A stretch of DNA of 64,000 nucleotides. Source: Takakia lepidozioides. Its lineage: Eukaryota; Plantae; Bryophyta. The position numbers and the translations under genes are program-made. The notes under the pieces are model-generated. The model saw nothing but the letters and a program-made list of their open reading frames with translations. It had not been told where the DNA came from and searched no databases. Where the stretch lies: contig CM060731.1 of the NCBI GenBank assembly GCA_030704615.1, positions 20,708,001-20,772,000 of the forward strand, in the 5' to 3' direction. Position 1 is the stretch's first letter. Each line of letters begins with the position of its first letter. This document shows, piece by piece, positions 1 to 12,800 of this stretch.

Positions 1-241
1 TATTACAAGGTTATTTTTTCCGCACCCTTATCCAATAAATTTCTGGCCCTTTCATTGGCCTCCCTCAAAAAAAAAAAATCTCTCTAAATGACGTTGATGA
101 CATGGCCTATAAAACGTGGCAACAATGACGTGGCACAGTAACGTCTACGCCCCACAGTAAGCTTTCAAACTGTTTGAGCTGCGCTCGCGCGTCTGATGTT
201 GACAAGGGGGTAGAGCTCTGCACTGCTTCGGGGCTGCTGCG

Positions 242-3200
242 ATGGGCGAGGACGATTTGGGGACCGCGGCATCCAGCTCAGGTTCTCCGCATGAAGAAAG
301 CAGCAGCCCAGGGTCGACGCCTGCCCTGACTGCCTCAGGACAATCTCTGAACAGATCGGCCCCTGAGGAGCATTCCTCTCACCAACCTGCGGACTCTGTG
401 CTGCTATCAGAACCAGATCCAGAGCTATCTTCTTCTTCAGGGGCAGGATTACTCAAAGCAGGTAGGGAGATAGTGATCTGGAAACTTCTAGAAGTTGGAG
501 ACATCTCTGGAATTGAAGGGTTGAAATCACCGGTAGTCCAGGGGTCAGGAGAAGATCAAGGACGATCTCCTCTGAAATGGTAATAAATTTTTCCAAATTG
601 AGGGTACTCCTGGGGGTGCTGTGTTGATCAGACCCGTACTTATTCGTCACGGTTTTCTTCACACTTGCAAAGGACATACTCTAGCACAAGGGTTTGAGGC
701 TCCTCTGCGGTATGACGGGATCGGGCATGTGGGATATGTTGCATTTAGATGAGGTTTGTACAATTTGAACGTTCAAATTGACACGCCTTGTTCTCTGATA
801 AACATTTGAGACATAGCTATGAGGCGAACCACAATGCTGGCAGGATTCAAGGGGTCCTCTAGATCACACAATAAGACTGAATCTCAATCAATACAACCCT
901 TGCTATGGGCACCATCCTACTTCCAGATTGTTATCTCATCCTTATGAGTCTCTTAAGCATAATTGTTTTTTCCAGTGTTGTCAAGGTTCAACCATAGTTC
1001 TTGAATCATAATAAACAACATGTCTCTGCCAGGAATCTCGAAGATAAACATGAGCCTTTTACAGGTAAATATAAGAGCCTCAAACCCCCAGGACGGAAGT
1101 TGAATGATGCCGACCTAAAGAAGTTGGTTGTGATTCCGGAGTACCTTGCCAAGGCTATGGTGGATGCCGTGATTTCAGAGGGAAAATCCCATCAGGAAGG
1201 TGCCGGCCTTGCAGACAACATAGATGCACCTTCTTGCCCTCTCTTAGTTTTTATCAACTCCAGAAGTGGAGGACAACTTGGCCCTGCCCTTCAAACCCGT
1301 CTTTCTGAGCTACTAAGCCCTATGCAGGTTAGCATGTCCATTTCTTCCATATTTGGTAGGGGCCTGCCAAGGAATTTGAATTGTCGTTCAATGTTCCAAC
1401 CCTAATTTGCATTTTGATGATAAACCTGATGTCCCTGCAGGAATGCCCCACTGATTGGCATTGGGCCATGCATTACTAGTCTGAAAAGATCTTTGACAAA
1501 TTCCAAAATTTCATGATGGATGTGACATGGGATCCTTGCAGGTGTATAACTTGGCAAACACAACACCTATCAATGTATTGCGCTATGGAGTGGAATGCCT
1601 AGACAAACTGGCCAATGCAGGGGATCACTGTGCTCACTTGACCCGGGAAAACTTACGACTAATGGTGATTGTCTTCTCCTGTTCAAACAGCTGCAGTCTC
1701 TGTAATTCATTCAATGGAGAAATCCAATACCAGTTCTCTGTATATTTCACAGTACAAAACTTAGCAATTGAGATGACTATCATGGTCTATTTGCTTTGTC
1801 CTCATATTATGATGTGAATGGTGCAAGGGTTCTTTCCTTCGATTGGGATTGGCAGCTATGAGCTATAATAAAACTAAAGTTCTCTGGCTTGTGATTTTGG
1901 GGTGTCAGGTGGCTGGCGGGGATGGGACGGTAGGGTGGGTACTGGCAAGCATGGCAGAGCTGCGCATGTTTTCGTTCGGTGGTCATATTCCACCTGTTGG
2001 CATCATCCCACTTGGCACTGGCAATGATCTCTCCCGCAGCTTTGGCTGGGTGTGTGGACTACCTGACAAGTTTAATTCCTTGTAATCTTTAAATGGTACC
2101 CTCACAACGTCATAGGTATAACTATGGCCAGTACTTGATTTCAGTTTCTTCAGCATGCTTCTCCATTATTCTGGACTACAGAAAACACCACACTGTGGAA
2201 TTCTTTTTGGAAAAGAGGGGTAGAAAAAGAAACAGAGGAAGTTGCCAGAAGAAAGTTGCAGAAAGCAGAAAGTTGCTGCAAGTACTTTCTGCAAGTGCTC
2301 TCATGAGAGTCAAGACATTCTTGTACACAAATGGCACTTTGAAGGGGGAGGCAGCAACTTTCTGCTTTAGAAGTGCCATTTGTGTACCAAAATATCTTGA
2401 CTCTCATGATGCAGTAAATTGCTCTCCACACTGTGCCAGATGGTCAAGCATTACACAGCTGGCAACTCAACACTTCCTGCACCTAGATCCTGGTATATTC
2501 TGCACAAGTAACACTTTCTAAGGTTGATGGGGGCATTGTTAATGCAGGGAGGAAAGTTCACTTCAGCCAGCCGCCGAAAGGTTAAAAAGTGGCTAGTCAA
2601 GACTGTCATTGCTTCAGTTGCACCCCTTGACAGGCAATTCTTATACCATGAAGAAGTGTATTTTGAGGGTGACAACTAGCATTTCTCCTGTCATAGTGTC
2701 GAGGGGGAGAGAGCACCCCTTGTTATACCAGATTGCAGATTTCTGGAGGTTACCTTTTGTGCTCTGCCCAAATCAGGGATGGGGTCTAAGCCCACAAAGC
2801 TGCAGAAATAGAAAGTCTAATGTGTAACCCCCAGGATTGAGACCTATCTTGCAAATCCAAGTTGGTCTTGACCTATCAGTTCTTCAGAAGGCTCTTTTAC
2901 CATAGTATCTAACCATCAGAAAATTCTGTCGAGTAGTTGGGACCAAGAAGGCTCGACGGTTCCAGCATTGTCTTGGAACTCTCGGATTGATTATGGGAGA
3001 GACTGTATCATCCTCACTGACAGGTATTAGCTATGGCATCACACCCTTGAGGGTATGGTTCCCGCAAGATATCAGCCCTCCCAGGATGGGTCTTAAGGAG
3101 AGGAAAACTCAGCTCAATTTTTTTGAGAATGTACTCAAAAGTCGTTGCTTGCCATAGCCTTGTGGCCTTAGACCCGTGCCCAGTTTGGGTGGAACAAGAA

Positions 3201-3501
3201 GGAACAGACACTGCCTTTGTGAGGGGCTCACTCCAGTAATGGGACCTACCTTGATATAAACAATTAGGTAAGGCTTTCCAGATTTCCTCTAGACAAATTT
3301 TGAGAGAGAATGCCCTTGTAAGACAGTGTCTGCCATAGCCTTGTGACAAATTTTGAGAGAGAATGTACTCATAATATGTTTGCCGTAGCCTTCTGGCCAT
3401 TGACCCTGTGCCCAGTTTGAGCTGAACACAAAGGACACAAACTACCTTTGTCAGGGCCTGATGCCAATAGTATGACTTACCTTGAAACAAACAATTGTTC
3501 C

Positions 3502-3557
<56 letters not shown>

Positions 3558-6500
3558 AGAGTTTAATGGCTCGAGGAATGCAGCTGGCAGGTGGTGGTGA
3601 CACCGTCACCTTTTCTTAAAGAGATGCATAAGCACTTGCCGCATTGCCTTCACCCTCAACGGCATGTTCCACTTCCAACCTCTGTAAGTTGTCTCTCCTT
3701 GTAACCCCTTCTTTTGTTCTGTGTCAACCCTCTCACCTTCATTCTTTGCAGAGTCTTTGGCGTCTTAGGAAGGATTATTCACAGCATAAAACAATTACAC
3801 TTTCTTGCAGGTTTCTGAAGACAAGGACCCTAACGCAGAAGGTTATCCTGCCTTTGAGGGGTTGTTCTGGAATTACTTGAGCATTGGTGAGGGAAACACC
3901 TTTGGATGTCCTTTTGTGCAATGTGTGCACCCATTAATTGATAGAGCCCCACTTTATATAGGTTGTATGTTTTAAGGCTCATGTGTTAAACAAGGCTTCT
4001 TGAGCTTATCAAGTTGTCTACAGGGCATGGTGGCAATAATGGATTGACCAAAGGAACCAAATGTAGATTAGGTCTTGATTGCGATTAATGTGGCGCTCAG
4101 CTTAATTCCACTTAGTTCTTTGCATGGATGGTCATTTCCGGTGGACCTGGTTGTCCCGAGAAGCCATTTGGCCTGGATGGTCCGTGCCTTCTGAGCATTG
4201 CTTGTCTGGGGCTGATTTGGCTCAACATGGATTTGCAAAGTGAAAACCATTAGTGCATTTGGGAGAATCGTCTTCGTGGATCTCCACAGGATACATCGCC
4301 GGACATTAATGGAGGGTTGGATGGGATACATATTGAGTGCAGGAATGGATGCCCAGGTGGCATACGGGTTCCATAAATTGCGTGATGACAAGCCTTGGAT
4401 TGCTCGAGGGCGAGTGTCAAATCAAGTACGTCTCCCTATACCGCAGACATTTGTTTTGTCCTGTTCCTTTGGAGTTCACCTGCAGTCTAAATTGCTCCAT
4501 TGCCTCCTGACATTTGAATCTTGAGTTACCCTTGAGAGGACATTGCCTGTGGGATATTCTCACAGAGCCAGTTGTAAGGTTCCTGCCCACCCACTGGCCC
4601 AATTTGTTTATAGCAGTGCTTCTGCACAGTAGATGGCTATCTGCTTACAGGGAATGGAATGTTGATTTAAAGGGACAAATGGTGTTCAGATTCTGGCACT
4701 GCTAATCTAGCCCCCTACCTTCCATACGCGACTGTGGGTAAGGTTGCACTGCCATCCACACTATGGTGTGCTAAGGACAAGAGGACAAGAAAGTGACAGA
4801 GTTCTTTGCTAAAAACCAAAAGAAGAAAAGTGAGAAAGAGAGGTCCATAAGTGGCCCCAAGGGCCCATGAGAGAAAGACATGAAATGAAATGGTCCTCTA
4901 TAACAAGAAATGAAATGAAATGAAATGGTGCTTTATAACGTCCGCGGAAAGCTCATAGAGCTTATGGGACAAATGGAAGGAAGAACATGAGAGAAAATAG
5001 GAAAACCAGAGTCAGAGTAAAGAACTATTGTTCGAGTGATTGTCTAAGGGTGAATGCCTCGTGCAGGTAGGCTGCCAAACATTTCTGATCCTCATAGTGG
5101 AAGACTTCAGTGAGAGATTGGGTTCCACGGAATAGACAATGGAATCTCCCACGGATCTCATAGTATAGGGGGGCAATAGAAGAAGTGTTCTTCAGTTTCA
5201 ATTTCCTGGCTGCGCCCTGTGCAAGCAGGACATAGGCGGTCCTCCCGCTGCAGGTTTTCCCATCTGCCAGTCTCTATCCGTAGGTTGTGGGAGCCCACCC
5301 TGAACCACCCCAAAGCCCTCAGGAGAGAAGGAGATAAAGAAAGAAAGAAATTTTAGCCCATTCACAGAGGTGGGGAGTCACAGACACGTGGGGGACTTTC
5401 TGTCCTGGGAATTTTTCAGTGATTCATACAGAAACTCCTCCCAAATGCTCAGACTATGGCTCAAATGTTAGGTTGGGTGACACAAGACTTTGTAAACATT
5501 TGAACGCTGAAAATTTAGAGGCTTCACCTAAGGACCCATTGAGAAGGTGCTGAATACTTTCTGCTGTATGTAGCTTTGTGTCTGACCAAGGAAAAACTAT
5601 TTTTCAGTGATTGTGTGTTTTAATACCTGAGTTTATTTGATTGGAAGCAGAGGCAGGGCGTTGGATGGTTGACATAGAGGGTAGGGTTAAACTGCAGATG
5701 ATTTATTCAAGCTATGGCTGCACCCAAGGCTGGTTCTGCACATCCTGCTCCACGGCTGCTGGATCCAGGTGGAGCCTTGGCATTGGTCTTCCTTGGTCAA
5801 CTGTCTTTTTCACCGGCTTTGTCTTCTGTTGTCCCTCTTGTGCAGCTTGAGTCAAATAGTCAGTCTTCATTTTTTGGGCATTGCTAAAGATTCAGTTCTG
5901 TTGTTATGCAATCTCTCCAAGGGTATGGACACCGTTAGTCAGGCATCACTTGGAATATCATCACTAGGGGTAGATACAAGGTGTCTGTGCTTTGAACTCG
6001 GTCATATGTCATACAAGAAGTGGTTGAGGGAGGAATGAGTCCAGAGGGTAGAGCGGTGCTTGCTCAAGGTTGTCCAGGACCAAAAATTGTATTTCCAACA
6101 ACTCACCCTAATTTCTTATCTCTCAAGGAATATTAAGGGGAACTCTGATTTAACAAGACTTACACAAAACGAACATACTTGTAATGCTAGATCTTTAGTG
6201 TCAGATGGAGTTAGGGTCACTTTCCATGTGAACTCTTTCGCGTTTGCCGACATCATCCAAGATGGCGTTGACCAAGGGTCCCATTCATTGACTATTCGGA
6301 TGGTCGTGCAAACCGATCTCCAAACCCGTTTTGGTGTTTTCACCGGTAACCTCGTCGAAGACCTGCGTAGAGAATGGAAGCAAGCATCATGATGACCTGA
6401 TAGGGCTACTCATAATGAAAGGACCCAGCCAGCCAACGCCTCACATTGAGGTGCGGGTTGCTTTGTATGGGACCCAGTTAGTGTTGAACGGGTGTGCTGG

Positions 6501-8597
6501 CACATGGAACTACCCGTTCTCTCCTACGTGACATCAACATCACGGGAAATGGGTCCACATGGAAAGTGGCCCTTAGTCTTCACTAACTTTTAGTCTTGTC
6601 TTAGAAGAACTTGCCTCGGTTTTTTAAATTGTTAGTGTAGAAATAAGGATTATTTGTATTTTGGTGTAGAATCGGAAGTGACAAATTAACAGCTGCTCTG
6701 AATGGCTGTAAGATGAACAGTGACCAAGGAAGTGTCAGGGCTCAGTCTGCCTAACAGTATCCTACGTCTCCAGAGTCTTACAGGGTAGCTTGGTGGTATC
6801 AAGATAGAATATGCTTGTGCCAGCAGTTACTGTCATGGCACGTGGTTGGTGGGAGCAGAGTATCCAGTCTCTGGGGATATGCATTTATAAAAGCAGCAGG
6901 ACTAATCTCTATGTTGCAGCTCATGCAGATATGTAAATTGCAACCGGTAATCACAAGGCTTTTGCTTGCCAACAAATGAGGCAGGTCTGAAGTTGCTAAC
7001 AGTGGTTGTGGCTGACCATTGGTGGTACTTTGTACATTCCAAATCTGTCCTGTCGGGGAAGATGCCACCAATGATTGGTGCAAAAAGCACTAAAGAGAGT
7101 CTAATATTGGGTCTAGATGTGTGCAGAAGGGTAAATAACATTGTTCGGCTTCTCATAAGACACCGGCAAAATAGCAACAAGGTGTGGGAGGAGGTGTATA
7201 TTCCTGACAAGTAAGCATTACCTGAACATCTTGGCTTAAATTCAGTGCTTGGTGTGGCTAAGGCATGGGAGTTCCTCGTGGATGGATGGCCAACCCTTGA
7301 CCAAGTAATAGTAAGACCAGAAGATCACTTTAGAAGTATCTACAATACAATGTTAAGAATTGGAGCTGTACATTGGCAAAATGTTCATTCCTCATCTTAG
7401 GCTTGGCTTTTGATGTTTCTGATGTAATCAACTTACTTCAGGGTATATGTGTTGCAGTATACGGGCAATTTTAATCTTGAATCTCCAGAGTTATGCCGGT
7501 GGCCGAAACCCATGGGGTCAGCCTGGAAGTAAAAACTCATGGAAGGTGCAGTCCTTTGCTGACTGACAGTGTCCAGATTTGGATTGCTTCCAAGTATTTT
7601 GCTACTTCCTTTGGGCAATGAACTAAAAATGTATATGTCCACATAAAGATTTTATTTGATAATGTAGCCTAGCACTTGGCATGGGATGTGATCTGCTGTC
7701 CTTTTCTTCCTTTAAAGCTATTTGTCAGGAATACCATTTAATAAACGTAAACCACCTGCATCTCGACACAGGTAATGGATGGGAGGAGAATTATGGGCAA
7801 ACCATTTTACATCTCATATATTGGCTGGGTTTCAACTTGCTACATGTTTTTCATTCTTTGAGAACTGAAATTCTGTGCCTCGGTTTGCGCTGACCATTGT
7901 TTTACAATCTACCTTCACTTTGTTTGTGGTAGTCCAGAACAGGTTGGAGGTGGCAAAAGTAGATGATGGGCTACTTGAGATTGTGGGATTACGGGACGGC
8001 TGGCACTTGGCCTGTGTCATGATTAATGGCCTCAGAGCAGTTCGTCTCTGCCAGGTTATCTACGAGGACCTTTCTTAAACTAACTTGAGTAGGGGAGTCG
8101 ACATTGTCCTGCTAGCCATCAAATCTGCAATCCACTCTAGGATATGTCGTATTCACTTCAATTGGAACAGTCAGTGAGCACAACAGTATTAACAGATTCT
8201 TTTTCCATTGTTTCACAGTTGAAGATCCTCCCCACTTTTAGTAACATCTTGCGTCTCTCACACTTTCAAAAGCAACAGCAGAATAAGCCTCAATATTGCA
8301 CGTAGGATGCCATGGGCTCTCAGAGATTTATGGCGGTCTGTTGATACATGTCATGGGTCGACAAAGCACTACAGCTTGTTGCTCACTCTTTTGCTCTGCG
8401 TCTGCTGCTCCTGCCCGGGTCTCTGTAATGGACAGGCTGAAGCTGTGCGATTGGAGCTGGCGGGGGACCGTTTGAATGCGTACCTGCAGATGGACGGAGA
8501 GCCCTGGCGGCAACCACTGGGTCGATCAGACGAGCCTGTGACAGTTGTAGAAATTGAACGAAACACCCTTCCCTCTCTAATGCTTCTTCGACAATGA
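242..8597 (+). CDS. DGK: Diacylglycerol kinase (plant DGK3/4/7-like, catalytic + accessory domain). Exons: 242-461, 1065-1327, 1542-1664, 1909-2049, 2548-2633, 3584-3683, 3811-3886, 4343-4425, 5698-5768, 7127-7210, 7458-7545, 7938-8054, 8436-8597
   Basis: The joined exons read in one frame and give DGK motifs: [103 protein letters not shown]. Introns are GT-AG except one GC-AG (2634). Confidence 0.93.
2262..2409. repeat. Interleaved inverted repeats (A-B-A'-B') in a DGK intron
   Basis: 2262-2279 is the exact reverse complement of 2351-2368 (18 nt). 2301-2339 is the reverse complement of 2371-2409 (39 nt, 3 mismatches). Confidence 0.9.
3120..3500 (-). mobile_element. Tandem 5'-truncated 3' ends of the RTE/RTEX-like LINE family also found at 56.1-59.8 kb
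   Basis: The minus-strand translation ([15 protein letters not shown]; [27 protein letters not shown]) matches 59700-59800 ([27 protein letters not shown]). Both share the tail caaggcta(c/t)ggc...gagtacattctc. Confidence 0.8.
3508..3553. repeat. (GA)n microsatellite, about 23 units
   Basis: Read directly from the sequence. Confidence 0.97.
4881..5310 (-). mobile_element. 5'-truncated non-LTR retrotransposon 3' end with (CATTT)n tail and C-terminal CCHC zinc finger
   Basis: The minus strand reads [29 protein letters not shown]...[10 protein letters not shown], followed by a (CATTT)n tail. A second copy lies at 40112-40326. Confidence 0.8.
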
Positions 8598-9875
8598 GGA
8601 CCTTGAACCTGTTCAATGGAGTTGCAGGGGAATGAAAGGGGTTGTTTAGATAAGCAGCTGTAGCAACAACCATTGGGTAGGTCAGATGAGCCTCCGACTG
8701 AAGGAGATTGAATATTTCTCAAGTAGCATTCAGATGTTTATATTGATGAGGGAACATACCACCATATCCCAAAATAAGAGTGATTTGAACGACTTGAACC
8801 ATTCTGGTTCTTATTCATTCTAAAGAGGTTGTATGCACAATGGAATGACATGTTTTTGATTGTTACATGACAATTCCTCTTGCATCAACATAACCTGCAA
8901 GGAAGATACAATAGAGGACCTATCATACTGTTGTTTTTTTGTTATGCTTGGAGCTAGTGTCGCCGTGCACCTTAATTTTGTGCATTGAGCTTGGTGGAAA
9001 TTACCTTGTCAATGTACATTGTGGGACTGGGTTATTCACAATAACATAATTGTGGAAGGGTCGGTGATGGATTGTTTGATACAAGATGGAAAGCAAAATA
9101 CCAGATGACACACCCAATGTCCAGAAACCACAATTCTTGTGGATCTTCTAAGACTGTACTTACATTGAAACCTGCCCAAGCAGATGTAACTTTATGGTAT
9201 CATGCACTCCCAAGGGCTACCACTTTCTATTTGGAAGATGGACACCTCTTAGCATAGCAACAGAGTGCCCCGACCCCAAGTCTCCAAAGTCCATATATAG
9301 TATATATTGTATACTCGCATGATCATGTAAATAAAGCTGTTTCATCATCCAAAACATCACTGTTGTTGCAACAGTTTTTGACTGACCTCGGATTTGGGTT
9401 GTCAACGAGAAATGTGACAGAGTTTGACTCCTTTCATAAGCTGGTCTACAGCCATGGATGAAGATCGTGTCTGTGGATGGATAAGTGGGTTTCATCCTCA
9501 GCCGGCCTGGCTGTGCGTGAAGGCAAAGCTAGAGCAGCATTATGGCACGCCAAGGATTGCCCAGCGCCAGAGAGATGCATGGATCCATCGCTAGCGCAGG
9601 TTGCATGAAGGCACTGCTTCATTCTGAATAGGGTTGAATTGGATCGAGATCCTCAATTATACTTTCTTGCCATGGCTCAGGTTTGAATCTTTGCAGCGCC
9701 TTGCTGTCCTCGTACATGTCGTGCCTTTGAAATTGAAGAATTATCTACGCGGATCTTCAGGATAGAATGTGATTTGTATCTTCTCATAAAAGGATCCACT
9801 TTCTTGTTCCAGATTTGAGTGCATTGGATAGGAGGATTTTGTGGTTGATTAGGTTTCACGGATGTTCTGTGGGTT

Positions 9876-12800
9876 ATGGATGGGCAGGTTGGGGAAGGAA
9901 CGAAGAATAGCCTTGAAAAGATCAAGAAGCAGCTGGACTCTGCTTCAGGAAGTGTTCTCCTGCAAGGAACCCTTCTTAAGCGTTCTGAAACAGTAAGTTG
10001 TTGTGTGCTTGCTAAGCTTTCCAGATCAGGCCTCAGGAGTGCATTCTCTATCTTCTACCATAGTTTACTGGATTTCCTGTGCTTGATTGCAACCTAACAT
10101 ACCATTTTGTTTATATATCATCACGGATATCCACTACGTATTCTGCGTTTGGTCATAGGGATAAAAGGGGGCTAGTGGAATTTGTGCTGAACGCAGCTGA
10201 ATTCGGTGCACTGTGCTGGATAAAGCGCCCAAGTGGTCAGATTGTAGTAATCGATCGGATTGGAAGGGCAATCTCTTTCAGCAATGCAGTAATTCACTCG
10301 TGTGTGTGCTCATTCTGATCCCCTTGATTGTGATAAAGCTGGGACTCTGTGGGTGTAGAATGAAGCACATCAAGCAAACCGTTGGCAGGTTGGCTCTATA
10401 GTACAACATGCAATGTGCACAGGGTGTTTGTGTTGCTAAACTCTGGAGGTGCCTCTTGTGCAGCTTCGCAAATGGAATCAACGATGGTTCACGCTAGACC
10501 CTGCAACTGGCAAGTTCGAGTATAGGTTTGAGGCTGGACTCAGGCTTGTTGATTCAGATAAGTGGTTAAGAAAGTCTTACTGTGAATGGGTCAGGTCTGA
10601 GGATGAGTTCAAAGTCTTCTCAAAGAAGCCATTCAAGTCAGAAAGTTATTGTTTCTTCGTTGTTTCATGCAGGTCACAAAGAGGTGATGCGACTCCGAGA
10701 GGGTTGATTACGTTTGATCCTGACAGCACAGTCACAGTCTTGCCCCTCAACATTCAGTAAGATGCTTTGTTGGTTGAAAGGAGTTTACATCTTTACTTGG
10801 GTCACTTCTAATGAACACAATGGGCATGTCTTCACTCAGGAAGACCTCATCAAGCTGAATTCTAACGCTTTCTGCATAATCAATATTGACTGTGGTAAAA
10901 CAGGTCTGCACAACGCATTGGAAATTTTTTGTATACAAGAAATTCCATAGATTTTATTATGCTGCATGACCATCAGAAGATCAGAAAAGAAGTACTGTTA
11001 AATAGAAAATTCTTCTTTCCATAGTGGTATCGAGTGGGTAATTATTTGGTGGTTATTGGCTGTTGTGCAGGGGTAACCAGAAGTATGATGGATGCTGCTT
11101 TTGTATCCTTCTCCGGAGGAAGTATTGAATTGCAGAATTATCTTGTTTGTCTCTAACGTTGCTGATCAGGTGTTCTCACAGCCAGAAATCAGTTAGTCTG
11201 CAGCCTCTGTCATCTTAAGCGCCATCTGTTTTAGATTGAGAAATCAGACCAATCCATGTGCCAAAAAAGACCAAGCCCAGCACACCCCAGGAACGTTTGC
11301 GGTACCGCTTCAGATTATTCTAGGAGATCTCCACGTGAAGGAATATGACAATGAAGTGTTGTGGGTTATAGATCAAAATGTGCAAGGTATTCAGGAAACT
11401 GTTAAATGAGGAAGGAAAGAAAACCTCAGAAAATACAGAGCAGATTCTTGTGCCCAGGATGTAGATTAATTGACTAGGATGCTCTCCCTTTTGTTCCAAA
11501 GAAGTGCTCCTAGGCAAGACTGCCTATACTCAGCAAACACAGAGCTAGTGCAGGACCTGCTCCTGAATTCCAGGTTCTTCAAGTCTAGTGCATGCAATTA
11601 CAGATGAGCAGTCTCATGAAGAGTCTTCAATTGATCTTACATTAATATGGTCACTAGATATTGGCACACCACAGAAACAGGAGTATTTCCTCTGTGCGGA
11701 GACAGCAGCAGCGGCTAGAGCTTGGGTGGCAACCTTAAGGTGAGCAACTGAACATCTTCTTGTTGTAACTAGGGATGCAACTACTAAGGCTTCTCTGTGG
11801 ATGGTGGGATTTTCGGCATCACAAGTTTTGTCCGCGTGTAGTAGGGAGGCTTCCTGATGCATCACCACCAAGTGGCAAATTGATGAATGGGATATTGTCT
11901 TTCCACTACTGCTCACACCATAGCGAAATGCACTAGTTTTGAAAACACAGAAGAGGAGTAAAGGAAAACTGGGTATCAATGAGGTATCAATGTGTTGTAA
12001 GGGGGTCAGGGGGATTTCCTTCTGAAGGAAAACTTTCCAAGGTGATTGAAGCACGGAGACTGTGCATGGCACCCATTTATAAGGGAAGGGAGGAGCAGCA
12101 ACAGCTGAGGTTGAGCTGCCATTCTATCCGGCAGAATTATTGTTGGTGGGCAAGCCCACATGATGTTGTCGGGGTAAGTAAAGAGTTTGTTGCATGTATT
12201 CATTACAGGGCAGCAGCATTAGTGCTGCGGGCCCACAAGGAGGCTGTGAACTCTCTGAGTGGCAATGGCCGTGCCAAACTTGGAACGGTGGCTGCTGTGG
12301 TTGCTGCTGCCAATGCTACTGCGAGAGATGCAGCCAAGGATTTGCAAATGGCAATGAAAATTGCTGCTGTTCCGTCTTCTGCCCCGCAGCCTTCTGATGC
12401 TGGCAATATGGACGATGTGACTGTCATGAAGGTCTGCTTGGCCTCCACTACTTGCATCTTATTTGTTAAGACCTGTTATTTTTCGTGTCTTGGAATCATT
12501 TACAACTGTAATAGTCACTTCTCTTTCATAGGGAATTGCAGTTATATGAGTGAGTATGTACGAGCTTTCACAAGGAGAAGAATGGCAGCAATGTCAGCTT
12601 AGTAAACCTTTTGTTGCTTTTGAGTTTGGTAAGGTGTTAATGTATGAGTAAGATAGTAAGATAACACATTCTTGGATGGCTACTTCTGGAAAGTGGCAGA
12701 AACTCAGTACCAAGATTAGTATAGTGGTATAATGGTGATGAAGTTGATGATCTGAGACGTTGTGATTGACAACACACAATGTTAGTACTGCACCCTCTCT

